Shown here piece after piece: positions 38,314 through 50,978 of a stretch of 64,000 nucleotides of DNA. The notes beneath the pieces were generated by a model that was given only the letters and a program-made list of their open reading frames with translations, did not search any database and had not been told where the DNA came from. The stretch is taken from NCBI GenBank assembly GCA_051294905.1, contig CM119372.1, positions 32,986,001 to 33,050,000 of the forward strand, written 5' to 3'. The position numbers were made by a program, and so were the translations under genes. How positions within the stretch are numbered: the stretch's first letter is position 1; each line of letters opens with the position of its first letter. This DNA comes from Botryllus schlosseri (Eukaryota).

Positions 38314-39600
38314 CAGAGGTGGTCAAAGTAGCCAAGAAAGCTACTCAAGTAGAAGTAGAAGTAGCGACGAATAAATCTACTCAAGTACGAGTAGAAGTAC
38401 TTCTTCAATGAGCCACCTAAAACTACTTGAAGTAGAAGTAGAATTGGCCGACTTTAAATCTACTCAAGTAAGTAAGTAGTTTTGAAAACAGTCTTAATTC
38501 GTTCGCATGGACTGTCAAAAGCTGCGAATTGAGCTATGCGGCAGGTGCAGAGAGCTTGATTCGCATTGATGCATACAAAGAGGTATCAATATTCGACTGA
38601 ATATGCATTGTTTCGCATCATGGGATGCAAATTATAGTATTGATATGAAAGTGCGATACTAACCATTTGTTTACTAGAATACCCCGTTTTTAGAGAATAT
38701 CATGGCATGGCGCCCTACCCCATATTATAAGGCGCCAAGTTTAGGCGAAGAGCAATACGTTGAAGTTGTATCGGATATGGTTTCATCACTTTGCGCGATT
38801 AGTATACGTTAATAACAAATATTGATGATCTTAAAAGTTATATTTATTAGTGTAGCTTTATTTTCGGAAAATAGAGGCATTACTACACTATCTTTTGTGC
38901 TTCAACATGTATGTCCTGTAGACAAAAGAACTGAAAGTAATTACTACTCAAAGTATGATACTCGCAATTGAAAGTGAAATACAAATACCACTTCTAAAAA
39001 GTGGAAAATATACTCCATGTCTTTTGTCCATAAAGCTTCAAGTTTATCTGCTAAAATAGGTGTAACGTTGAAAAAAAGCTGGATTTTCCATATTAGCAAG
39101 ACACGTAATGGCCTGCTAGATTACGATATGATAGGTAATTGCTAGATTGCGAAACGGTAGTTTCAAACGTTATGGCGGGCCATATTTACTGTGATGAAAT
39201 ATTTGATATGGGCGACAATGCGGTGTGAGAGGAATCAAGCAATCCGGTGCCTAAATATTATTCCCTGATACTTTCTTGAAAACATATTTGTCAGTCCATT
39301 ACTACTATGCGCGAGGCGCAACAAAATTTCTGGGCTTCACTTGACTTTCATGAATATTAAATGTTGGTACTACATGAAAACAGCCCCGAAATTCCTCAGG
39401 CTATCTTTCGTATTGGGGGATTAAACTACTTCTACTTGACAAACTGAAAATAGCGAAAAGTAAGTAAGTAGATCACAAAATTTTATGAAGTAGAAGTAGA
39501 AGTAGAGAAAATCAGATCTACTTGAGTAAGTACCACAAGTAGAGGAAAACTACTTGAGTACTTCCAAAAAGTAGAAGTACTTCGTTACTGACCACCTCTG
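38314..39600. mobile_element. Non-autonomous hAT element with AGTAGA/CTACT subterminal repeats
   Basis: CAGAGGTGGTCA/TGACCACCTCTG ends; exact TSD CCTGTTAC. A decayed relative lies at about 40300-40725. Confidence 0.9.
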
Positions 39601-40797
39601 CCTGTTACTCATTTGATGTTCCAACATACCACTATTCGGCCTGCTTACATTTTTTTAATATTTATTTATGACGCGAGACTCGAATTGAACAATGCTTAAT
39701 TAGTACTCCATCAATGCAGCTATGATCCGCGGGACTCCCAAAGGATCGTATCGCTGCAGCATGTATTATATTTTTTTGCAATTTTGTTCAATAAAACTGT
39801 ATATCTGTCTATAGGCACCCTGCGGCCTGCATTCGCATTGCATGAATAGAATGTGCGTAAATGCCGATTATACAAGTTTTTCGTGTTGACAAACTTGCGC
39901 GATAAATTAGCGAGGATCGCTGCAATCAATCACCGAATTTCCCTCGAGTACAAACGGCAAACCAAGGCAGCAGGAGATCCGTGCTGTTGTGCAGTGCAGA
40001 CGACTCTCGCTAATTGGCAGCGTGCAACACTGATAATACGAATTGCTGGGCACGATGGCTGAATGTGATACACGATTGAAAACAAACCTGAGAAAGGTGT
40101 GATTTCAAGTTTTATTTCGAGGGAGATTTTTTTCAATACTTGTCCCCATGCATAATGAGCATCCCCGATTTTAGGACAAAAAATCGGTAAAATTTTGCGC
40201 ATTATGCATGGAAAATTATGGTAGAGATCAGAAAAAAATCTCAGGTTATTGAATAAATTTTGTCGAAAACATCTAAAATGTCCAAACTCAGCTGCCATTC
40301 ATAAAGCCTACTTGACCTAGATTGGATTAAAAATCAATTTGCTACTCCTACGCCATTCAGAATAGACTCTTATTCGCGATTTTATAGTAGGAGTGGCTGT
40401 TCCCAAGACAGGTCAAACTACTTCAAGTGGCAGTAGAAAAGAAAGATCTGTAAAGTACTAAAGTACTTGACCCACAGCATCTAATAACAAATAAGTGTAA
40501 TTCTCAAAAATATATTCAGTTGTAGACGAACAAGACACTCGTATAGGGGCTTTTTCGTCCAAAACTATTTTCTACTTTACAAATTTCAAAGCGTAAAAAG
40601 TTAGTGTTGCATAAAAAACTGTCGAAGTGGAAGTAGCAAAAAAACACAACCAGTCAAGTAGTGCAAGTAGCGAACCTACTCGAGCATTCAGCAGAAGTAG
40701 AAGCACTCAGTCACTGACCAATACTTAACAAACTTCACCAGAGTTTTATAGCATTTCAGTGGATTTTACAGTGTAATATGCAGGACATCAATTGCGA

Positions 40798-41451
40798 TTA
40801 TTGTCCAGAATAAAAAAGGCTCAGCTGCCTGTGATTGTCGGGGTTTCTGCGAGCGATCTTAAACCTGAGCAGCAGCTCTACGTATTCCGATTTATACGAC
40901 TTGTCCAAATCGAGGTAAGCGTCCGGCTTCAGTCGCAATAACTCCGCGATAATATCCGAGAGAGGCCGTGACGCATCATCTGGCGGCGGAAAATGGCGTT
41001 TCACGAAACTGCTCAGTCCCTTTTCCAACTTTTTACATCGAGCCGTGTTGTTACTAGCACCCGGTGAAAAGTTCTTTCCTTTGCATTGCGCAATATCCGT
41101 CGTCAAGACATCTTGCTCCCGTAGAAACAACGTCTTATCGTCAACGTCCGTCCGTAACTTTTCGACGTACTGCTCGCAATAGTCCAAGTATTTTGTGGCG
41201 GAAGATATCTCATCTTCGAGTCTTTTCGACAGAATATCGGCGTTGACGATCGGGTGATCGAGCGGTTGCGTGGGTTCGATACGCTCGAGCATTTTAGTCT
41301 CGTATTTGAGCAGAACAAGGTGACGTTCTCTAACATCGCCAGCGGCCCCTACTCGGTTGGCATCGCGTGTCGGTGACATCGCGTCTAACTCTTCGGCGAG
41401 AGAGATGCATTCCTCCTTCAAATCATTTTCGACTGCTTCCAAGTCAGACAT
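40798..41451 (-). CDS. CENPK: Centromere protein K (CENP-K), single-exon CDS
   Basis: Coiled-coil N-terminus; C-terminus LSSFVKRHFPPP...PDAYL...YVELLLRFKIARRNPDN matches the CENP-K pattern FL..HFPLP...DPYV...YVELLLR.GIA.RHP. Likely start is MSDLE at 41451; the ORF extends to 41499. Confidence 0.85.
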   Translation of the reverse strand: MSDLEAVENDLKEECISLAEELDAMSPTRDANRVGAAGDVRERHLVLLKYETKMLERIEPTQPLDHPIVNADILSKRLEDEISSATKYLDYCEQYVEKLRTDVDDKTLFLREQDVLTTDIAQCKGKNFSPGASNNTARCKKLEKGLSSFVKRHFPPPDDASRPLSDIIAELLRLKPDAYLDLDKSYKSEYVELLLRFKIARRNPDNHRQLSLFYSGQ

Positions 41452-41848
41452 CTTCGGCGACCTGCATGAATCAGTCGGTGAATGAGCGAGGATTTGCATT
41501 CGTTTTCAAAAGATGACAGATCAGAACAGTGGTTCTCAACCTTTTTCGACTGATCGCCCCCTTGACAACCTCGACACAAATTTTCGATATCGCTTGAGAA
41601 ACTGGGTGGCGAAAATAACAAAGGTAGCAATTGGGGGCAAAAATGCTAGAACCTTCATTCAGATATATTTAATTACCCGGCAACTGGATACCGGCAAAAA
41701 GCAGAAATGAAAAACGTGTTTTTCTGGAATTGCCGCGAAAGTTGACTAAAAGGAAGGTAAACTCGCCACAAACTATCCTCAGATACCAAGATTTTCAGGG
41801 TTCGCCGCGAAAAGTTGCACAATCATGTTGGAAACATATCTCTTAGAG

Positions 41849-42318
41849 CAGGGGCGGCCAACGTTTTTGGCCAAAGGGCCACACGAGATTTACGATCCAT
41901 TGGCCGGGCCACTTGAATGTTGATGTTCCGTTTTTAGTCGTCCGATAGTAGCGAACTGGATTAGATAACGGTGAAAACAGAACGCATCAAAATCGATACC
42001 AATTATGTCATTAAAAGTCAGCGTGTATTCATGCCATAACCGCGTGAAGCGCGAAAAATTTTCAAAGTTAATGAACGAATTCGTTCAATAATAATGTCAC
42101 TTGCATATATTGCGGGTCACCTCTCGGCTCATTTGGCACTGATAATTTAGTCATTAACATCCCAAATTTCACTGTCAGGCTAATCAAATTTTTTGTTGGT
42201 CATACAAGTTCACAATGAATTACCCCGGCAATTTTTTTATATAATATAACTTATTTCCAGAATTACCTTGTGGGCAGCTCAAAACCATCTCGCGGGCAAC
42301 GGGGGTTGGCCGCCCCTG
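41849..42318. mobile_element. hAT-Charlie-like MITE
   Basis: CAGGGGCGGCCAAC/GTTGGCCGCCCCTG; TSD TCTTAGAG/TCTTAGTG. Confidence 0.85.
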
Positions 42319-44952
42319 TCTTAGTGACAAGCGGCATATAATTTCAATCGACTCGAAAACATCGTCTGTCACTGCAAGTACCCAAATCATTGTGCCCAGA
42401 TCTACTAATTACCCACCCTATTCTTTACAGTTTATGTCATTCTCGATGAGCAATAATCAAGTAGGTAAGTCCCATACCTTCAAGCCAAAAGAAATCAACA
42501 AATATGATTTGCGTGAGCTGAATTGTCCCGATGGAAGGGCAATCGAAAGTCGTTACGAAGCCATTTATCGGGCATCAATTGACGTAGAACCAGTGTAAAT
42601 CGGGTTTGCTACAGACCGTGCTAGCTACTGATAAACAGAACTCCGGTAAGGATAATGCCAACATTTTTTTAAAACATGGTTTTCTACCTAGATTGTACTG
42701 TTGGCAAGGCTTCGAGATTGCTAGCATCTATTACCGGTTTGCGACGTCGAGTCTCATGCATGATGGCCCCACACATCGGTGATTGAGTACTGAGTCTATA
42801 ACATTTTCAAGTCCAAATCATGTTCCACAGTATTTAAGATTCAAATTTCAATGATATATGACTGAAATTTTTCGGAACATCGCTTGAAATTCAAAACCAT
42901 GGAGAATTGCTTGTCCAAATCTAGTTAGGCCTAAGTAAACGAGGTAACATATAAATCCACTTTTATTGTTGATAGACTTTGAGGGAACATTTTGCTTACC
43001 ATTAAATTGTAGAGGAATTCTTGTTTGCGTGCGATCAGCAGCGAAGATACATCTCGATAATTAAAAGTAAGCCTAATTCCACTACAACATAATACAACCA
43101 TCATCGATAACACCAAAACATGTCAGGTGATAAAATAGCAACAGCAGTAACCAGATTGAAGCCTATGATATCCCATTATAAATGTCGCGCAGTAAACAGC
43201 AAATAGGAAGAACGGACAAATGAAGTATACATGCTACAAGGTACTATTCTAATATAACACAGTCAATAAAGCGGATCACATAACCTACATCAATCCCTGC
43301 TACATAATAATATAGGCATATACAATTATACATACACGTCAATAACTAGGCCATTGAGCTTTCCAGAAGAATATATGACATCAAACACTGCTCAGGTGAT
43401 ACAAGGGCACAAGTTAAGTGTTCATGGGTTTGTTGCAACCTCATTAATTTTATAAATGATCAAATAACTTCTTTAAATATATTGTTACACAATATACAAC
43501 CACACAGGTATTCATGTTTTAGGCTGCTTGTGTTGCAATCTCGAAATCCAAAACACTGCAAAGCTGAACATGCTTGCATTTACTCAAACTCAGTTCCAGT
43601 TACGTTGTGACTTGGCAAATAAAAACCAAACCCACATCACAAGGTCCAGAAATCAATTCTATTCAGAAGATCGCTGAAAAGACCGACATCACAGGCCTTC
43701 TATATCCAAGGCTTATGAGAACTACGATTTACGAATCCTACCACATTCAAATCAGTCACCGTCTTCAAGACATTCATGAATGATATAACATAGTTCCCAA
43801 AAAGTCGCAAACATTCGTGAGATGAAGCTGAACTAGGCATTTGGCTACTATCCGCAAATTTTACAACGAACTTCGAATGCTGGGCTACAGAAATGCATGA
43901 CTAAACCATGATAATATATTCTAAGAATGAGATACAAAAAAACTGTAGATGAATATAGAAAATAACGAATGAATTGTCACGTCAACTACTAATAACGGGC
44001 TCGAAAATCAGAACCCAACGATGTTTACATGAGAATAAAATTTTTACACAACACAGCAATTACTCTTTATGCGATCCAATCTAACTAGGGAAGATTGCTC
44101 TAAATTACTGCCTGTAACACCTCTAAACAATATTGACCAACACCAAAGCTATACTTTCATTGGACTAATTTGTTTAGCTATGCAAATCGTACAAGTGATT
44201 TGAATTGTCGCAGACTTGCAGTACATTAGTTCAAGTTTTGTTTCATTCAAATGCTGAATAGACGACATTATGGCTTGGAGATGTTATTTTCCTTAGGGCA
44301 CATCGATTGATTTTCAATTACGCATAGTTGCGTGGAAAGAGTTGCACATCATTGGGCAACTAAGTCCATTTACATTTCCCCAGAAAGGCATGTAGCAACA
44401 GTCTATCAATCAATTCATATCTCCATGGTGTACTTGTACAGTGTGAGTAGATACCGGTACGGCCATATTATGGGCTACAAACAAGTACAACAGTTGCAAC
44501 TTACAAGACCAATTATTTTGAAGCAGTTATCGTCACCATAACTTGGAAGTCATATGACCCCATTTGCAGTCAAATACACGAACAAAACCTATTTATAATG
44601 TAAAGTTTTGTCGCCAAAATGTCAACGAGTTAACTCAAGTTGAACCACACCCTGCTGCATGGTAAATCACATTACCATACTGGTATCAGCAAGTCCCAAT
44701 AAAACTTACAGGGAAGACCTCGAAATAACGGAAAAGGAAATGACCTCGCTACAAGGTGGGTTTTTGCGGAAGGGAAAGGTAATTGCTAAGGACAACTGTT
44801 AATAGAGTTATGGTTCCTTATTAGGGGCAGAGTAAGAGTCTGCCATAGAACATGAGTTGATTGTTAGCAGTTTTGCCTTAAATAGATAAATTCATCTTTC
44901 AGTTCGCAAATATTCAAAATCTAAAAGATACCGTGTAACCAACACTCCAGAG

Positions 44953-45147
44953 CAATGTTCCCTCCAATTTTTGACGAGTCTGCGCACACTCACCAACTCA
45001 CTGCGTAGACACTTGGACAACAGTGCGTAACGACTAAATATAAAGGTCATCACTCCGGATTTTTTGCGCGCAACTTAGATTTTCTGTGCGCAGAGACCCT
45101 GTCGGCACTGCGCTTTTGCGCACGTGCGCAGCTTAGAGGGAACATTG
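44953..45147. mobile_element. Short hAT MITE downstream of endophilin B
   Basis: CAATGTTCCCTC/GAGGGAACATTG; exact TSD CTCCAGAG. Confidence 0.9.
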
Positions 45148-45970
45148 CTCCAGAGTATGTCAATATAACGAGCATGTCCATATACAGAAAGACAAACGTC
45201 TTGTGAACGAAATTATGGCTGACCCTGCCGTTTTAAAACAAGGGGCTAAAGACGCACATAAACGACCGAGTACCCTGACTTGCTGACTAATGAGCCAAGA
45301 ATTGGGAGAAAATTTCTGACTTCAAGTGCAAAATACCAATCCCGTCTCTTAGCAATGATTATAGAAGTGAAACACCGTGGACAGGAGGACACGAAAACGC
45401 CAAAATCCACAATCACATCCCCTTGCGGACAAGTTCTGGCCATATTAAACACGCTTTTTTTAATGTAATGTCCGGTGATATCAACAGGCTGTAGGCCTAC
45501 ATCCAACTCATTTTTTCTATAATATGCTTATGCCGCGTACTCTATAGCCACGAAGTGAACGAGCATGACAGACCGTACGATTCAATATAGTGAATATAAT
45601 ATACAACCCTTCATATATCCAATAATAGCATCAGGCATATGTATATGCCTTAACTACAAAAAAAAAACGGGTTTTGTTTCAGATTTTAAAATCTACCGAT
45701 CTATGCCAATTCCACTTAAAACCTCATTTACCAAGTCTTTTCATACAATCGAAGCAATCTACACCGAGAAGCAAACTTGGGTTAATTAACACAGTTGAAA
45801 CCTCCACACATATCACCTACAAATAACGACACAGATTTAAAATCCCCCGCTGGCTGGCAGTGTCGGGGTACAATAACAACGACAGCCCCCGTAATTTGTT
45901 GGACAATAGTATACTTTTTGAAGTCAGTACGCACGAAAAGACGAAGAAATTCTGTCTAGGACAAAATCGA

Positions 45971-47017
45971 TTACAAGATTTCGATATAGTTCAACGGCAC
46001 TTTCCCTTTCAAAGAACGCCGTTCTCCCATCACAAAATCTTTATGCATATCAGGAACCGCAGTAACTGTTATGACTTCATCGGCAAGCAATGATAACTCT
46101 GTGGTGTCGGCAGCATCGTAGTCATACAGCACTCGGGCTTTGCGCACTCCTGTGAACGGCAGGCCGTCATTTCTGGGAATGATTGCATTCAAATCAATCG
46201 GGGACACGTCAGAGCCGCTGTATATTGAAGATGTGTCACCGACACTGTTCAATTCTCGTTTCAACTCTTGCATAACCTGATCGCAAGTGGCATGGTATCT
46301 GCTTTGCGCGTCAATGAATTCTTTCAGGCTTCGTAAGTGATGAGAGTGCGTGCTGCTTACGCCGTGAAGGAGTAATTTCGTGATTTCCTGCTGCCGATCA
46401 AATTCAGTTTGGGCCACGTGCAGGTCGCTTTCAGTCGCGGATTTCGCTTCATCGGATTTGGCTTTACGCGCACGGTTCTTGCAGGCATCCAAATCCAATC
46501 TTTTTGATTCCAGAGTTTTTCGTTCCTTCTGTATCGTCTTGCAGTCTCCTTCCAAAAAACTCGCCAATGGCTTTAGAAAATTCAAGGCTGCCGTATGCAC
46601 TAACGCCTTTTCCGCCTCGCCAAGCTTATTCTGTGCATGACCACAATTGATCAACGCTTTTCCATACGAGGTACCAGGCCCAAAGCCTTCGCCAGCTTCA
46701 ATCATGGTCGCGCCCAATATTTGTTGATTCGTGGGACCCTCAGACTGTCTACGGTCTAGCTTGTTGTAAACAAAATCCTTCATTCGTAAATTAGGATTAG
46801 GCTGCAGCGCTATTTCCGTTTGCGCTTTCATTTTCTCGACCCATTGCTTGGTGTTGTCGAAACGCTCCAGTAAGTGTTCAAAATTAGCGTCATATTCCGT
46901 TTTTTCAGCACTACCCAATTTCTCTTCGGTGTATTGCAGTGCACGGCTTAACAATGTCGACGCATCGGACGTGATTTGTCTCACTCCAGAAACGGAAAAC
47001 TTGGATCGCAAGTCCAT
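45971..47017 (-). CDS. SH3GLB: Endophilin B (N-BAR plus SH3), single-exon CDS
   Basis: 348 aa. SRALQYTEEKLGSAEKTEYD, LQPNP, FGPGTSYGKAL, KRLDLDACK, FDRQQEITKLLL and SH3 RKARVLYDYDA...ELSLLADEVI...GKVPLNYIEIL. Confidence 0.96.
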   Translation of the reverse strand: MDLRSKFSVSGVRQITSDASTLLSRALQYTEEKLGSAEKTEYDANFEHLLERFDNTKQWVEKMKAQTEIALQPNPNLRMKDFVYNKLDRRQSEGPTNQQILGATMIEAGEGFGPGTSYGKALINCGHAQNKLGEAEKALVHTAALNFLKPLASFLEGDCKTIQKERKTLESKRLDLDACKNRARKAKSDEAKSATESDLHVAQTEFDRQQEITKLLLHGVSSTHSHHLRSLKEFIDAQSRYHATCDQVMQELKRELNSVGDTSSIYSGSDVSPIDLNAIIPRNDGLPFTGVRKARVLYDYDAADTTELSLLADEVITVTAVPDMHKDFVMGERRSLKGKVPLNYIEIL

Positions 47018-50000
47018 AGCAAAGAAGATATCTCGAATCCGAAAGAAGTTATAATACCATATCAGAGCAAATACTAAACAAAATAGAGACTAGAATACAA
47101 TCAACACAATTATGAGAAAATGGGTTGATGCCTCCGACGGAACGCAATAGTATCAATATAGTATTTATGGTGACTGGGCTGAGCTGTGATGAATATCATA
47201 TAAAAATCTTTTCCTCAAGTCAGTCAATATATATATATATTATTCCAAATATATTTACTCGAAGTCATTACTATTTATTTAGCTTCGACCAACACATACC
47301 GTAGTTGAGTTTTGACGTATAGATTAAATTTATGCTTCTCACGAAATTTGACTCATCCTTTGTAGCACACAATTGAAATGTCATATTCACTATAATATTA
47401 TTTTTCACTGTATCTTCAATTTACACAATATAGAATCAATCACTCCAACTGCTGAAGTATCGTAGACTTTATATGATTACCAGATCACTACGCTGCAGGT
47501 TTATCTCGCAATTACTGTAACTAAATCATATACTTGGCTGGCATATCTATTTGTGCATAGACCGAACATGGAAAAATATTATGCCTTTGAATTTTCAAAT
47601 TGCTCGACACCTAAACTTCATGGGAATCAGATTTCCATCTAGTTTGGCAGAAAATATGTAACACTATCAATACGAGTAAAATCTCTCATATACTATACAT
47701 GGTTACTGCAAACAACCTCAGTAGGGTACCTTACTAAATGTGTTAACCCATCTTAGTATCGTTATGCAAGCTACAGAACATTCTAAATGAAGCATGTCGA
47801 GCCTGCTAAATTAGTGAAAATTTACACCTTTATTTTCCTTTCGGGGTTCTTTTTATAATTTCTGGTACCGTAAAATCTATAGCGTATTCAATCTATCTAT
47901 GATTTGAGAGCGAAGCACAACTTCGGCAGACGCCAACGGACGGCCAACTCATATTTCCTAGTTTTAGGTTGCCAAGCACATCACTGAAAGCGTTCATTCC
48001 AACCACCAGTATAGTAAGCAAAATGGCAAATTATAGATAAACCTGGCTTGCCAGATAAGTTCTATCAAAAAGTCAAGAGCAGAATTGATGGCAACGTCAC
48101 CAGCAACCTGTAGAACCAGAGTGGAACTGGTGGCAACATCAAGCAGAACTTTCTGTTTAATTACTTAATTATTCTATGCAGAAAAGCTCTCATCACGCAG
48201 GATTTATTTCAAAAAATGAACCGGGATTTCATAGGGGTTGTGGAAAAGCGAGAACAACCACTGTTACCAGTCTGACCGAAAAGGGCCTGACATGCTGACA
48301 ACGTCTTTTTCTAGAATAATCTATAGCGTAGCATACATAAATGGGAGCTTGTGCACGATCTGCCCTAAGTCAACGGTGTTTCGTCCCGGCGCTCAGGCAA
48401 AATCCGCCGTATCATAAACGGAAAATTATTAATGGGCACACTGCTTTTTACCGGGTGGAAATTACATTAACCTGTCTGCTTTTAAGGCAGAAATGGGAAA
48501 TAAAGGTGTTAATACTACTTTAGTAGTTCTATAAAATCGAGCCCCGTAAATTTATGTTATTTATTACAAATACCGATGTAATTTATCACAAATACCGATA
48601 TAAAATATGTAAATGTGTTTGCAGGCGAACTATAAGGTGGCGAAAGTAGAATAAAGACTGACATACAACGAGTCGGTATAGAAGCGGGAAAAACCGTGGA
48701 ATCACAGTTATGATAACCAAAAGATCCACAATTGGGGACCCGTAATTCTAGGATTTAGTTACGCTGATGAATGCATAGCAACTATGGCTAACTGGCGCTA
48801 TCTAAAATTCGGACCGTTGTGTATGTTTTGAGATATCACGGATTATTATCAAAATCTACGGATTGTAACAATGCAACACAAAAGGTTTATATGAATCTTT
48901 TTATTTGTTGAAACCCAAATTGAAATTAAATTGAGGTTGATGACATCATAAACTAGAAAATACATCACTAAGTTAAATGCCCGAGTGATGCGTTGAGGAA
49001 GTTGGCTGAATTTAAATACCGGAAGCTTGAAAATATGGCCAGATGTTGATCGTCACACATTAGATATAGGATAATACGTTAGTCGCCGTCATTATTGTAT
49101 TAGCGCGGATCTGAACAGGACGGTGATTCCAGACCTTTTTGGATTCGAGAAATAGGATAGTGTTAGCGGATATCAGAAGTATATAGTCGGATCTTAAAAT
49201 GCAAATGTAATGATAACAAATGAACCGTATTTTGCCAGTAGAAGCATCATGCGAGCAAGATTAGTTGTATTAATTGTAAAGATGTTGTTGACTAGTGTCA
49301 GAATGTTCGTATTTCTTGACTTATTTATTTTGCACTCCAAAGATTAAATTGGAGATGAGGCACGGTAATTTAAGTGTATGGCGTAATTTTATGTTTGAAC
49401 TGTTAATGCTTGTATGCTTTACTGCAATAATTGAATATCCGTAATATACCAATATAGGAACATGCATGTCTTTAAAAATGAGGATGACATATATCTGTTG
49501 GCGATAGCCGTATAGATTATGGATTGGTGTTTGTGTATACTATACAGCTTTCGTTGAAGTTGAAACTAACTACCACGGCGGCCCATAAGAAGCCTTTAAG
49601 CACACGTGTGTTGTTGCTAAACAACAGAGGTGTGATTGCCCCCCTTATAAGAAAACATTATCTAATGTTTTCTGGGAATAATGTCAGTATTGTAGCCCAG
49701 AAAATAATTACGACGGAGTACATAGGGCCTTAGGCAGATAACTTTTTGAAGAAGGTCATTAACAAAATTAGGTGATCGTTTTGGTCAACTAACTACCGAT
49801 AGGTAGGTGCTTAGTGAAAACCACCTTACATACAACCCAAAGCTGACACACTTGTTATGCGTAACAAATGTGTCTGAAGCGAATGCGAAGGATTAGCCTA
49901 TAGTGGCTAATCCCGGTTTGTCTGTAATTGTTATGTACACTACATGCAAATATTAAGTTGCTTTATAATGATGGCTCTGCCATTTTCGGTGTCTGCGAAC

Positions 50001-50978
50001 TTTTACAGTGAAAAGGCGTTACGGTGAATTGACTGTGTGTATTATATATTGTGCGTCATATTATATCCACATATTGCGTCACCCTAGAAAAACGGTTAAT
50101 AAAGTCAAGCCCAATCCTATAGAAGTAAAGTGATTACATATATATGTGTAAGTATTTATTGCATTTTTGGGATCAATGTATATTGAAAATTGTGTGATTT
50201 TGTGTGAATTATTTAGTATGCGTCATAACTAGTCCACGCCCCAGCGACTAGAACCCCTACACTTGAGTGAGGTTGGACGGTTATAAAACCAAGACAAGTT
50301 GCTTGAGAGAACTGTCATAAAATTAGATAAGTAACACCCTAGTGTATTCGAGATTATACAAATACACAAAAAACCTTGATCAGCCTTAAACGATAATATG
50401 AAGATGTAACAAGCCCTTCACCAGAATGCTTTGGCCCTGGGTCAATTGAATACATGAAATAGAGTATAGGATACGTGGAATTGCTGTTGAAATATGGTCT
50501 TAATCGCATATGTGTTGAATTGCACGATTTTAGAAAACTTTAGTAACAGTTGGATGGATTTTGTGAATGTATTGTTGCTATGGTAACATCGCTATTTGAG
50601 TGTAAATTCTAATATTGGAGTATTTGGTTGTATTAAGGTATGCATCCCGCTGGGGAGGAATCAGGCCTAAATATGTACAAATATGCAATCTAAGGCTGGA
50701 CCCTAAGGTCATTGAAAGCTCAAGACACTTCGAAGGCTACTCTACCTGCAACAGTGATTTACCAAATTGAATTACAAGCAAAAGAACCCAGGCTCAAACA
50801 ATATCTTCCTACTAACAAGATTGAAGGCAAGATATTTCTACAAACACATATGGAGGCACCCGACGGAATTGTAATTCAAGGCGCCTGGTAATCATTGTTG
50901 CTTCTGGAATATTCGTCTTCAGAAGAGAGTGGACTTTCACATATTTCTGAAGAGTGGGGAGGTGAGCGGTAATCAATC

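Noticed and set aside
40798..47017. Endophilin B-CENP-K operon
   Set aside because: The genes are on the same strand but 4.5 kb apart with MITEs between them; no sequence evidence for polycistronic transcription.
49923..50139. Solo LTR (TGTAAT...ATTACA with AATAAA)
   Set aside because: No TSD, no PBS and no second copy in the window; kept only as context.
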